Origin: Ranitomeya imitator
Taxonomy: Eukaryota
Assembly (NCBI RefSeq): GCF_032444005.1
Contig: NC_091287.1
Span: forward strand, 574,616,001 to 574,680,000
DNA: 64,000 bases
Direction: 5' to 3'
Shown here: positions 12,501 through 24,500 of the stretch, in pieces
Layout of the letters: each line of letters begins with the position of its first letter
Position numbering within the stretch: the stretch's first letter is position 1
Notes under the pieces: model-generated
Told to the model about the DNA's origin: nothing
Database searches by the model: none
The model's input: the letters and a program-made list of their open reading frames with translations, nothing else
Translations under genes and position numbers: made by a program

Positions 12501-15500
12501 ACTCTACGCCTGGCGTCCAGCTACATCTCACATCTGGGAAATGTACTACTGCTCGGAGATGCGTGCGGAGATGGACAACCCTGCCACACGAATCCCCCAT
12601 ACTACCAGCATCACCCCACCACTGCCAGTCCCAAACATCGGGAGCACGAGCATGGCCAACCAAAGCAGATCTGCACCTTCTGCCTCAGCAACCAGCGGAA
12701 ACAGGTGAGAACAAATGTCAGAAGGCCTATAATCGCCACGACCTGGGGGGCACACACACGACATGGGGGCTATAATACCTCCCTAAACCTATGCACATCC
12801 TAAGGTCCCATGATTGCGACATCCAACCCAGAAGGACAATGAGTGACAACTATATATGTACATGGTGGATAGTGAGAAGCGGACACTTCTAACCCTGTGA
12901 TGTATATAGTATATACCCTAGAGGACGGTGAGGAGGAGCGGACACTGCTAGTCCTGTCCTGTAGTGATGTATATAGTATATACCCAGGAGGATGGTGAGG
13001 AGGAGCGGACACTTCTAGTCCTGTCCTGTAGTGATGTATATAGTATATACCCAGGAGGACGGTGAGGAGGAGCGGACACTTCTAGTCCTGTCCTGTAGTG
13101 ATGGATATAGTATATACCCAGGAGGATGGTGAGGAGGAGCGGACACTTCCAGTCCTGTCCTGTAGTGATGTATATAGTATATACCCAGGAGGACGGTGAG
13201 GAGGAGCGGACACTTCTAGTCCTGTCCTGTAGTGATGTATATAGTATATACCCAGGAGGACGGTGAGGAGGAGCGGACACTTCTAGTCCTGTCCTGTAGT
13301 GATGTATATAGTATATACCCCGGAGGATGGTGAGGAGGAGCGGACACTTCTAGTCCTGTCCTGTAGTGATGTATATAGTATATACCCAGGAGGACGGTGA
13401 GGAGGAGCGGACACTTCTAGTCCTGTCCTGTAGTGATGTATATAGTATATACCCAGGAGGATGGTGAGGAGGAGCGGACACTTCTAGTCCTGTCCTGTAG
13501 TGATGTATATAGTATATACCCAGGAGGACGGTGAGGAGGAGCGGACACTTCTAGTCCTGTCCTGTAGTAATGTATATAGTATATACCCAGGAGGATGGTG
13601 AGGAGGAGCGGACACTTCTAGTCCTGTCCTGTTGAGCTGTATATAGTATATACCCAGGAGGATGGTGAGGAGGAGCGGACACTTCTAGTCCTGTCCTGTT
13701 GAGCTGTATATAGTATATACTCAGGAGGACTAGAAGTGTCTACTCCTCCACAGTCCTCCTAAGGTACAATGCCTTGAAAAAGTCTTCATACTCCATGAGC
13801 TTTTCCGCGTTTTTGTTGTTACAGCCACAAACAAATGTGTTTTATTGGGATTTTCGATGATCTGGTTTTCTAAATATTTGAACAATATAAATCTGGCAAT
13901 TGTGAGTTAGTAATCATCTCCCTGAATCGGTACTTTGTAGGACCACCTTTCTCTACTGCAGTCTTTTAGGGTCTGTCTCTCTTCCTTTCTCTGCAGTCTT
14001 TTGGGGTCTGTCTCTCCACCTTTCTCTGTAGTCTTTTGGGGTCTGTCTCCTCCTTTCTCTGCAGTCTTTTGGGGTCTGTCTCTCCTCCTTTCTCTGCAGT
14101 CTTTTGGAGTCTGTCTCTCCTCCTTTCTCTGCAGTCTTTTGGGGTCTGTCTCTCCACCTTTCTCTGCAGTCTTTTGGGGTCTGTCTCTCCTCCTTTCTCT
14201 GCAGTCTTTTGGGGTCTGTCTCTCCACCTTTCTCTGCAGTCTTTTGGGGTCTGTCTCTCCACCTTTCTCTGCAGTCTTTTGGGGTCTGTCTCTCCACCTT
14301 TCTCTGCAGTCTTTTGGGGTCTGTCTCTCCTCCTTTCTCTGCAGTCTTTTGGGGTCCGTCTCTCCCCCTTTCTCTGTAGTCTTTTGGGGTCCGTCTCTCC
14401 TCTTTTCTCTGCAGTCTTTTGGGGTCCATCTCTCCTCCTTTCTCTGCAGTCTTTTGAGGTCTGTCTCTCCCTTTTCTCTGCAGTCTTTTGGGGTCCGTCT
14501 CTCCTCCTTTCTCTGCAGTCTTTTGAGGTCTGTCTCTCCCTTTTCTCTGCAGTCTTTTGGGGTCCGTCTCTCCTCCTTTCTCTGCAGTCTTTTGGGGTCT
14601 GTCTCTCCTCCTTTCTCTGCAGTCTTTTGGGGTCTGTCTCTCCCCCTTTCTCTGCAGTCTTTTGGGGTCTGTCTCTCCTCCTTTCTCTGCAGTCTTTTGA
14701 GGTCTGTCTCTCCCTTTTCTCTGCAGTCTTTTGGGGTCTGTCTCTCCCCCTTTCTCTGCAGTCTTTTGGGGTGTCTCCAGAGCTTGGCACATCTAGGTGA
14801 CACTTTGCCTTGTTTTCTTTGCACACTCGCTCCGTGACACTGGGTGGAGACATCTGCGATTAGAGTTGAGCGCTCGGATTACGATCGGCAGCGAATATTG
14901 AATCTGCATTATTGGCCAACAAGGCCGAATGTCATTGGAGTCAATGGGAGATGAAATGACCGAATCTGTTGGGACCCGATCTTCAAACATAAAATTCTGC
15001 ACAAATCGGGAACTAATACAGCAGAATGGCAAAATCAGATTCGGCGGTCATTTCTGAACAAACTATCTGTGATCAGCAATTTTCACAGATTCTCTGAGAT
15101 TTGTGTCTGGACTATGACCGGGACCTTCACACACATGAAGATGCCCCAATATAAACCCTCCACTGTAGCTCTGGCAGGATGTTGAGGGTCATTGTCCACT
15201 GGAAGGCAAACCTACACCCCAGTCTGAAGTCTTCTGCAGCCTCTAACAGGTTTTTCTCCAGGATTGCCCTGTGTTTAGCTCCATCCATCTTCCATTCACC
15301 TATGACCAGCTTTCTGCCCCTGCTGAAGAAAAGCCTCCCCACAGCATGAGGCTGCAACCACCATGTGTGATGGTGGGGATGGTGTTTTCAGGGTGATGTG
15401 CACTGTTCTTTTTCCACCAGACAGAATAGTCTGTATTTAGCCCAACAACTTATCTATTGGTCTCATTTGACCAGAGCCCCTTCCTCCACATGCTCATTGT

Positions 15501-18500
15501 GTCCACTACATGGCTTTCTGCAAAAAGAAAACAGGACTTCTTAGGGCTTTCACAAATGACTTCTTCTTGCCACTCTTCCATAAAGGGTAGATTTATGGAG
15601 AACACGACTAATAGATGTCTTGTGGACAGATTCTCCCACCTGAGCTGTGGATCTCGGTAGCTCCTCCAGTGACGATGGGCCTCTCGGCTGCTTCTCTAAT
15701 TAATGCTCTCCTTGCTTGGGATCTCACGTTAGGTGAACACACGTCTTGATAGGTTTGCAGTTGTACCATACTCCTTCCATTTTTTGATGATGGATTGATG
15801 CTCTGTGAAATGTTCACACTTTGGGCTATTTTCGATTACCTAACCGAGCTTTCACCTTCTCCACTACACTATGCCTGACCTGTCTGGTGGGTTCCTTGGT
15901 TTCTAGGATGCTGGTTGATCCCCAATGTTCTCACAGAAATCTTCAGCGAACAGCTGTAGTTATACAGAGAAGAAATCACCTAGGTGGGCGCAATGTACTA
16001 ATTATGTGACTTCTGGGGGAGATTGGTTACTCAGGATGTTCTTTACCGGCATCAGACTACGGGGGCTGAATAATAATAATAATAATAAACCTCTCAATGT
16101 TCAGATTTATTTTGTTAAAATATTTAAAAAAAACCCTATATAATTTACGTTACACGTCACAAATGCTTGTTACTTTGTGTTGCATCACAGAAAACACATT
16201 TAAGCTTATGGATATACCATGAAAGTATCCACTCCTCCTCACCGTCCTCCTGGGTATACACTATATACATCCCTACAGGACAGGACTAGAAGTGTCCGCT
16301 CCTCCTCACCGTCCTCCTGGGTATATACTATATACATCACTACAGGACAGGACTAGAAGTGTCCGCTCCTCCTCACCATCCTCCTGGGTATATACTATAT
16401 ACATCACTACAGGACAGGACTAGAAGTGTCTGCTCCGTCTCACCATACTACAGGGTATATATTATATACATCACTACAGGACAGGACTAGTATTGTCCGC
16501 TCCTCCTCACCATCCTCCTGGGTATATACTATATACATCACTACAGGGCAGGACTAGAAGTGTCCGCTCCTCCTCACCATCCTCCTGGGTATATACTATA
16601 TATATCACTACAGGACAGGACTAGAAGTGTCCGCTCCTCCTCACCATCCTCCTGGGTATATATTATATACATCACTACAGGACAGGACTAGAAGTGTCCG
16701 CTCTTTCTCACCGTCCTCCTGGGTATATACTATATACATCACTACAGGGCAGGACTAGACGTGTCCGCTCTTTCTCACCGTCCTCCTGGGTATATACTAT
16801 ATCTATCACTACAGGACAGGACTAGAAGTGTTCGCTCCTCCTCACCGTCCTCCTGGGTATATACTATATACATCACTACAGGACAGGACTAGAAGTGTCC
16901 GCTCTTTCTCACCGTCCTCCTGGGTATATACTATATACATCACTACAGGGCAGGACTAGACGTGTCCGCTCTTTCTCACCGTCCTCCTGGGTATATACTA
17001 TATCTATCACTACAGGACAGGACTAGAAGTGTTCGCTCCTCCTCACCGTCCTCCTGGGTATATACTATATACATCACTACAGGACAGGACTAGAAGTGTC
17101 CGCTCCTCCTCACCATCCTCCTGGGTATATACTATATACATCACTACAGGACAGGATTAGAAGTGTCCGCTCCTCCTCACCGTCCTCCTGTGTATATACT
17201 ATATACATCACTACAGGACAGGACTAGAAGTGTCCGCTCCTCCTCACCGTCCTCCTGGGTATATACTATATACATCACTACAGGACAGGACTAGAAGTGT
17301 CCGCTCCTCCTCACCGTCCTCCTGGGTATATACTATATACATCACTACAGGACAGGACTAGAAGTGTCTGCTCCTCCTCACCGTCCTCCTGGGTATATAC
17401 TATATACATTACTACAGGACAGGACTAGAAGTGTCCGCTCCTCCTCACCGTCCTCCTGGGTATATACTATATACATCACTACAGGACAGGACTAGAAGTG
17501 TCCGCTCCTCCTCACCATCCTCCTGGGTATATACTATATACATCACTACAGGACAGGACTAGAAGTGTCCGCTCCTCCTCACCGTCCTCCTGGGTATATA
17601 CTATATACATTACTACAGAATAGTGCTAGAAGTGTCCGCTCCTCCTTACCATCCTCCTGGGTATATACATTACTGCAGGACAGGACTAGAAGTGTCCGCT
17701 CCTCCTCACCGTCCTCCTGGGTATATACTATATACATCACTACAGGACAGGACTAGAAGTGTCCGCTCCTCCTCACCATCCACCTGGGTATATACTATAT
17801 CCATCACTACAGGACAGGACTAGAAGTGTCCGCTCCTCCTCACCATCCTCCTGGGTATATACTATATACATCACTACAGGACAGGACTAGAAGTGTCCGC
17901 TCCTCCTCACCATCCTCCTGGGTATATACTATATACATCACTGGGGGTCACTTGGGGAATAGTGATCACAAAATAATAAGTTTTCATGTATCCTTTAATA
18001 AGATGAGTAGTATAGGGGTTACACGGACACTAAACTTCAGGAGGGCAAATTTCCAACGGATGAGAGAGGATCTTGGTGCAATTAACTGGGACGATAACCT
18101 GAGACATAAAAATACACAAAGAAAATGGGAGACAGACTAGAAGTGTCCGCTCCTCCTCACCATCTTCCTGGATATATACTAAATACATTACTACAGGACA
18201 GAACTAGAAGGGTCTGCTCCTCCTCACCGTCCTCCTGGGTATATACTATATACATCACTACAGGACAGGACTAGAAGTGTCCGCTCCTCCTCACCATCCT
18301 CCTGGGTATATACTATATACATCACTACAGGACAGGACTAGAAGTGTCCGCTCCTCCTCACCATCTTCCTGGATATATACTATATACATTACTACAGGAC
18401 AGAACTAGAAGGGTCCGCTCCTCCTCACCGTCCTCCTGGGTATATACTATATACATCACTACAGGACAGGACTAGAAGTGTCCGCTCCTCCTCACCGTCC

Positions 18501-21500
18501 TCCTGGGTATATACTATATACATTACTACAGAATAGTGCTAGAAGTGTCCGCTCCTCCTTACCATCCTCCTGGGTATATACATTACTGCAGGACAGGACT
18601 AGAAGTGTCCGCTCCTCCTCACCGTCCTCCTGGGTATATACTATATACATCACTACAGGACAGGACTAGAAGTGTCCGCTCCTCCTCACCATCCACCTGG
18701 GTATATACTATATCCATCACTACAGGACAGGACTAGAAGTGTCCGCTCCTCCTTACCATCCTCCTGGGTATATACTATATACATCACTACAGGACAGGAC
18801 TAGAAGTGTCCGCTCCTCCTCACCATCCTCCTGGGTATATACTATATACATCACTGGGGGTCACTTGGGGAATAGTGATCACAAAATAATAAGTTTTCAT
18901 GTATCCTTTAATAAGATGAGTAGTATAGGGGTTACACGGACACTAAACTTCAGGAGGGCAAATTTCCAACGGATGAGAGAGGATCTTGGTGCAATTAACT
19001 GGGACGATAACCTGAGACATAAAAATACACAAAGAAAATGGGAGACAGACTAGAAGTGTCCGCTCCTCCTCACCATCTTCCTGGATATATACTAAATACA
19101 TTACTACAGGACAGAACTAGAAGGGTCTTCTCCTCCTCACCGTCCTCCTGGGTATATACTATATACATCACTACAGGACAGGACTAGAAGTGTCCGCTCC
19201 TCCTCACCATCCTCCTGGGTATATACTATATACATCACTACAGGACAGGACTAGAAGTGTCCGCTCCTCCTCACCATCTTCCTGGATATATACTATATAC
19301 ATTACTACAGGACAGAACTAGAAGGGTCCGCTCCTCCTCACCGTCCTCCTGGGTATATACTATATACATCACTACAGCACAGGACTAGAAGTGTCCGCTC
19401 CTCCTCACCGTCCTCCTGGGTATATACATCACTACAGGACAGGACTAGAAGTATCAGCTCCTCCTCGCCGTCCAGGTTCCTCCATGTTGCAGCTCTGTCC
19501 TGAATGGTGCAAAGCTCTTGCATTGCGCCCCTCCACACTTCAGGTTCCTCCACATTGTTGCTCTGTCCTGGATGGTGTAACGCTCTTTTATTGCGCCCCT
19601 CGGTCCCCACATTCCAGGTTCCTCCACATTGTTGCTCTGTCCTGGATAGTGTAACACTTTCATTGGGCTCCTCGGTCCCCACACTCCAGGTTCCTCCATG
19701 GTGTTGCTCTGTCCTGGATGGTTTCACGCTCGATCTTGCATTGCACCCCGCAGCCCCCCATGCCATCTTGCTCGCTTCCCCACATTACTCTTCTCTCTGG
19801 AAGCAGTTACCATTTCACAGTTTCTGATAAGGAAATAATTCTTTGAAAATAATGTATTTATCCCGCATAAAACAAAGAGCACCCATCAGCGCCACCTTCA
19901 GGCCACTCCAGGGAGTGCACAGGGGGCTAGTCACTGGGGTCTTTCCAGGTTAACGCTTTCCTTCATTCTCTCTTTAGGGAAAAGATCGAGAGAGGAAGAC
20001 TACGATCAGAACCTAATGAAGGCTGTGGGGGGCATTGACCCCCAGTGACTCCCTGAAATCACACAGTGGGTGAGAGCAGTGAGCCCGGACAAAACATCCA
20101 AGAAGAACAGGGGGCAGATGCACCCCAAATCCAGGGATCAACAGATGGGACCCCCGGAAAGGAGGCTCGGCATCTCATCTTTGAAGGAGGAGCTTGTGGA
20201 AGTCAGTGGGGGTTGCACACAGGCCACCAAGCGGCCAATGCCAGCCGTGGACAAGACCAATGCTGCGCTCTACGGTTGCCACCACAGAACTCTCATCCTA
20301 CCGCCCAGACGATCCTGGAGGGTCACTGCTCAGAGGCCCGTGCTGCGGCCCATACAGGACTACAGGACTGGTGTACTGTCCATCACCTCAATAAAGAGAT
20401 GTTGTCTATTTATACTACCGATACTGTCTGTGTCACAGCAGAGGACCCCCTACATGCAGATATTGGCGGTCCGAGGACACCCCCACAGGCAAAAATGGGA
20501 GGGGAGAGGAGGCGAGACCCGAGGACCCTCTATATGCCCACTGGTAGAGATAAGAGGGAGGGTGGGGGCTAACCAGGGGATACCCCCACAGGCAAAAATG
20601 GGAGGAGGGAGAGGGCTAACCAGAGGATACCCCCACAGACAAAAATGGGAGGGGAGAGGAGGCGAGACCCGAGGACCCCCTATATGCCCACTGGTAGATA
20701 TAACAGGGAGGGTGGGGGCTAACCAGAAAATACCCCACAGGCAAAAACGGGAGGGGAGACCCGAGAACCCCCTATATGCCCACTGGTACATATAAGAGGG
20801 AGGGTGGGGGCTAACCAGAGGATACCCCCACAGGCAAAAATGGGAGGGGGGAGAGGAGGTGAGAACCGAGGACCCCTTATATGCCCACTGGTAGAGATAA
20901 TAGGGATGGTGGGGGCTAACCAGAGGATCCTACCACAGATATATGGGGGAGGGAAAGGAAGGCGGCAACATCCAAGGACCCACCTCACAGGCAGATAAGG
21001 ATGCAGCTTGGGGATCCCCTACATGCACATATAAGGGTTAAGGGGGCGGCCCGAGCATCCCCCACAGGCATACATGGGGGTGAAGAGGGCAGTCGGGGGT
21101 CCCCCAGAGGCACATATGGGGTAGTAGGGGAAGGCCCCGTGATGCTTCCCAAGTAGATAAGCGGACAGCCCGGGGATCTCCTACAGGCACATGAAGATGA
21201 AGGGGGTGGCCCAGGGGATAGGGGGCATATTTGCAACCCAAGCACCCTCCGTGCGGGAAAATAAGGGGGCAGCATGAGAATCTCCCTACAGGCATTTATG
21301 GGGTGCGTGTGACCTGAGGACCCCCTCCTATCCACAGGCACATATGGGGCTAAAGGGGGGGTGACCCGGGGATCCCCCTAGACATATGCGGGGGGAGCAA
21401 GGAGGCGCAACCCGAGGAACCAAGGATCTTTCCGGAATGTGTTATCGGGGGGGGGGGGGGGGGGGGGGAGAGTCTGGCTCGCCCACCACAGGGTAACAAA

Positions 21501-24500
21501 GGTGACACCCGAAACTGTCCAGCGGAATTTGCCCCTCCCATCGTGTGTAGCAGGAAGAGAATGAGCTGCTCATCATCATCATCCCGGGTAATGCGGGTGT
21601 GGAGGATGGTGGCTCCGCCCACAGTGGGGTAATAGAAGGACGCTGTGTGAACTGTCATCCGGTGCTGACCCCCCCCCCACCTCCCCGGGGCCTACTGCCC
21701 CCTAGCTCCGCCACAGGCATCCAGAGGTGGAGGAGACAACCACGGTGTACGGAGCGCCTGGGCTGGGTGTGAACAGCGCTCTGTACCGACGGGGGCCTTT
21801 TAAGGGGCAGCGACCTGATTGGATGAGTGACAGGTAGTGAAGCCACACATTAGCCCCAACGACAACTACTCTGATGAATGGCAACACTGACATGAGGCTC
21901 CTCCCACTACGGGGCAGAGAGAGCTCCTGGTGCACAGCTGCAGCAGCCTCACGAGCGGGGCAGAGCGGCAGGGGTTAATGTCTCGGGGTGTTTAGTTTTG
22001 GAGAAGATGGGTTATAGGAAAATCTCCCTCAGATCCGCTGGGGTTTGGCAGGAATCTCATCATTCCACCCCGGACCGGGGCCAAAAAGGAGTCTACAGCG
22101 GCGACCACCCGGGCATGGAGGGGTTAATGCTGCGTGATGTCATCCCAGGGACACGGTGGCGATTAACCCCCGAGCAACTGATAACAGAGAGGCCGGCAGG
22201 GCAGAAAAGGCCACTCACTCCGGCCCCCCAGAGAAAAGAGAGCAAGTGAGGCCGACGGGGCAGAAAAGGCCGCCAGCTCCGGCCCCCCAGAGAAAAGAGA
22301 GCAAGTGAGGCCGACGGGGCAGAAAAGGCCACTCACTCCAGTCCCCCAGAGAAAAGAGAGCAAGTGAGGCCGACGGGGCAGAAAAGGCCACTCACTCCAG
22401 CCCCCCAGAGAAGAAAGCGAGTGAGGCCGGCGGGGCAGAAAAGGCCGCCAGCTCCGGCCCCCCAGAGAAAAGAGAGCAAGTGAGGCCGACGGGGCAGAAA
22501 AGGCCACTCACTCCAGCCCCCCAGAGAAAAGAGAGCAAGTGAGGCCGGCGGGGCAGAAAAGGCCACTCACTCCGGCCCCCCAGAGAAGAGAGCGAGTGAG
22601 GCCGGCGGGGCAGAAAAGGCCGCCAGCTCCGGCCCCCCAGAGAGAGGCCAGCAGGGCAGAAAGGGCCGCCCGCTCCATCCCCCCAGAGAGGCCGGCAGGG
22701 CAGAAAATGCCACCCGCTCCGACCCCCCAGAGAAGAGAGCGAGTGAGGACGGCGGGGCAGAAAAGGCCACTCACTCCGGCCCCCCAGAGAAAAGAGAGCG
22801 AGTGAGGCCGGCGGGGCAGAAAAGGCCACTCACTCCGGCCCCCCAGAGAGAGGCCAGCAGGGCAGAAAAGGCCACCCGCTCCGGCCCCCCAGAGAGAGGC
22901 CGGCGGGGCAGAAAAGGCCACTCGCTCTGGCCCCCCAGAGAAAAGAGAGCGAGTGAGGCTGGCGGGGCAGAAAAGGCCGCCCGCTCCGGCCCCCCAAAGA
23001 GAGGCCGGCAGGGCAGAAAAGGCCACCCGCTCCGGCCCCCCAGAGAGAGGCCGGCAGGGCAGAAAAGGCCATTCACTCCAGCCCCCCAGAGAAAAGAGAG
23101 CAAGTGAGGCCGACGGGGCAGAAAAGGCCATTCACTCCAGCCCCCCAGAGAAAAGAGAGCAAGTGAGGCCGGCAGGGCAGAAAAGGCCACTCACTCCAGC
23201 CCCCCAGAGAAAAGAGAGCAAGTGAGGCCGGCGGGGCAGAAAAGGCCACTCACTCCAGCCCCCCAGAGAAAAGAGAGCAAGTGAGGCCGGCGGGGCAGAA
23301 AAGGCCACTCACTCCAGCCCCCCAGAGAAGAGAGAGCAAGTGAGGCCGGCGGGGCAGAAAAGGTAGCTCACTCCGGCCCCCCAAAGAGGTCGGCAGGGCA
23401 GAAAAGGGTCGCCCGCTCCGGCCCCCCAGAGAAGAGAGAGCGAGTAAGGCCGGCGGGGCAGAAAAGGTCCCTCACTCCAGCCCCCCAGAGAGGAGAGAGC
23501 GAGTGAGGCCGGCAGGGCAGAAAAGGACGCCCGCTCTGACCCCCCAGAGAGGCCGGCAGGGTAGAAAAAGCCGCCCGCTCCGACCCCCCAGAAAAGAGAG
23601 CGAGTGAGGCCGGCAGGGCAGAAAAGGCCGCCCGCTCTGACCCCACAGAGAGAAACCGGAAGGGCAGAAAGGGCCGCCCGCTCCGGCCCCCCAGAGAGGA
23701 GAGAGCGAGAGGCCGGCGGGGCAGAAAAGGCCGCCCGCTCTGACCCCACAGAGAGAGGCCGGAAGGGCAGAAAAGGCCGTCCGCTCTGACCCCACAGAGA
23801 GAGGCCGGCAGGGCGGAAAAGGCCGCCCGCTCCGACCCCCCAAGAGAGGCCGGCAGGGCAGAAAAGGCCGCCCGCTCTGACCCCACAGAGAGAGGCCGGC
23901 AGGGCAGAAAAGGCCGCCCGCTCCGACCCCCCAAGAGAGGTCGGCAGGGCAGAAAAGGCCGCCCGCTCTGACCCCACAGAGAGAGGCCGGCAGGGCAGAA
24001 AAGGCCGCCCGCTCCGACCCCCCAAGAGAGGTCGGCAGGGCAGAAAAGGCCGCCCGCTCCGGCCCCCCAGAGAAGAGAGAGCGAGTGAGGCCGGCGGGGC
24101 AGAAAAGGCCACTCACTCAAGCCCCCCAGAGAGAGGCCTGCAGGGCAGAAAAGGCCACGCGCTCCGGCCCCCCAGACAGGCCGGCAGGGCAGATGAGGCC
24201 GCCCGCTCCGACCCCCCAGAGAGACCGGAGCCATGAATATCTGAATCAGTTTTCAGCACACAGACATTTTCGGTCACCCAGGGGTAAATGGTCCGCCTGG
24301 TATCTGCCCCACAGGTCAGCCCTTATTTAACCCCTCGGCATGCAGGTGAGGGAGGTGAGGGATGAGTGGTGGCGCTGGCAGCAGGTGAGGGTCAGACGGC
24401 AGCTGCGGGGGCCGCCGATCCCCCAGGCCTGTCTGGGGCTGGAGGAAGCGGCCACCTCTGGAACACTTCACTCGCTCCTCATCTCCCCCCCACGGGACAA

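Larger units (their letters stand above)
16230..19460 (-). repeat. The same 67-bp minisatellite in reverse orientation, including a 913-bp higher-order duplication
   Basis: Unit ggactagaagtgtccgctcctcctcaccgtcctcctgggtatatactatatacatcactacaggaca is the reverse complement of the 12880-13730 unit. Confidence 0.96.

Noticed and set aside
12150-12803. Track ORF of 217 aa as the full SCX protein
   Set aside because: It starts at an upstream GTG and reads through the exon 1 donor. The supported CDS is 12195-12704 plus 19978-20016.
13907-14853. Lys/Arg/Glu-rich and Ser/Leu/Phe-rich ORFs of ~250-305 aa
   Set aside because: Both-strand translations of the ~35-bp array in the SCX intron.
14860-15110. 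Possible interspersed repeat or MITE remnant
   Set aside because: No terminal repeats, TSD or coding similarity that I could establish by eye.
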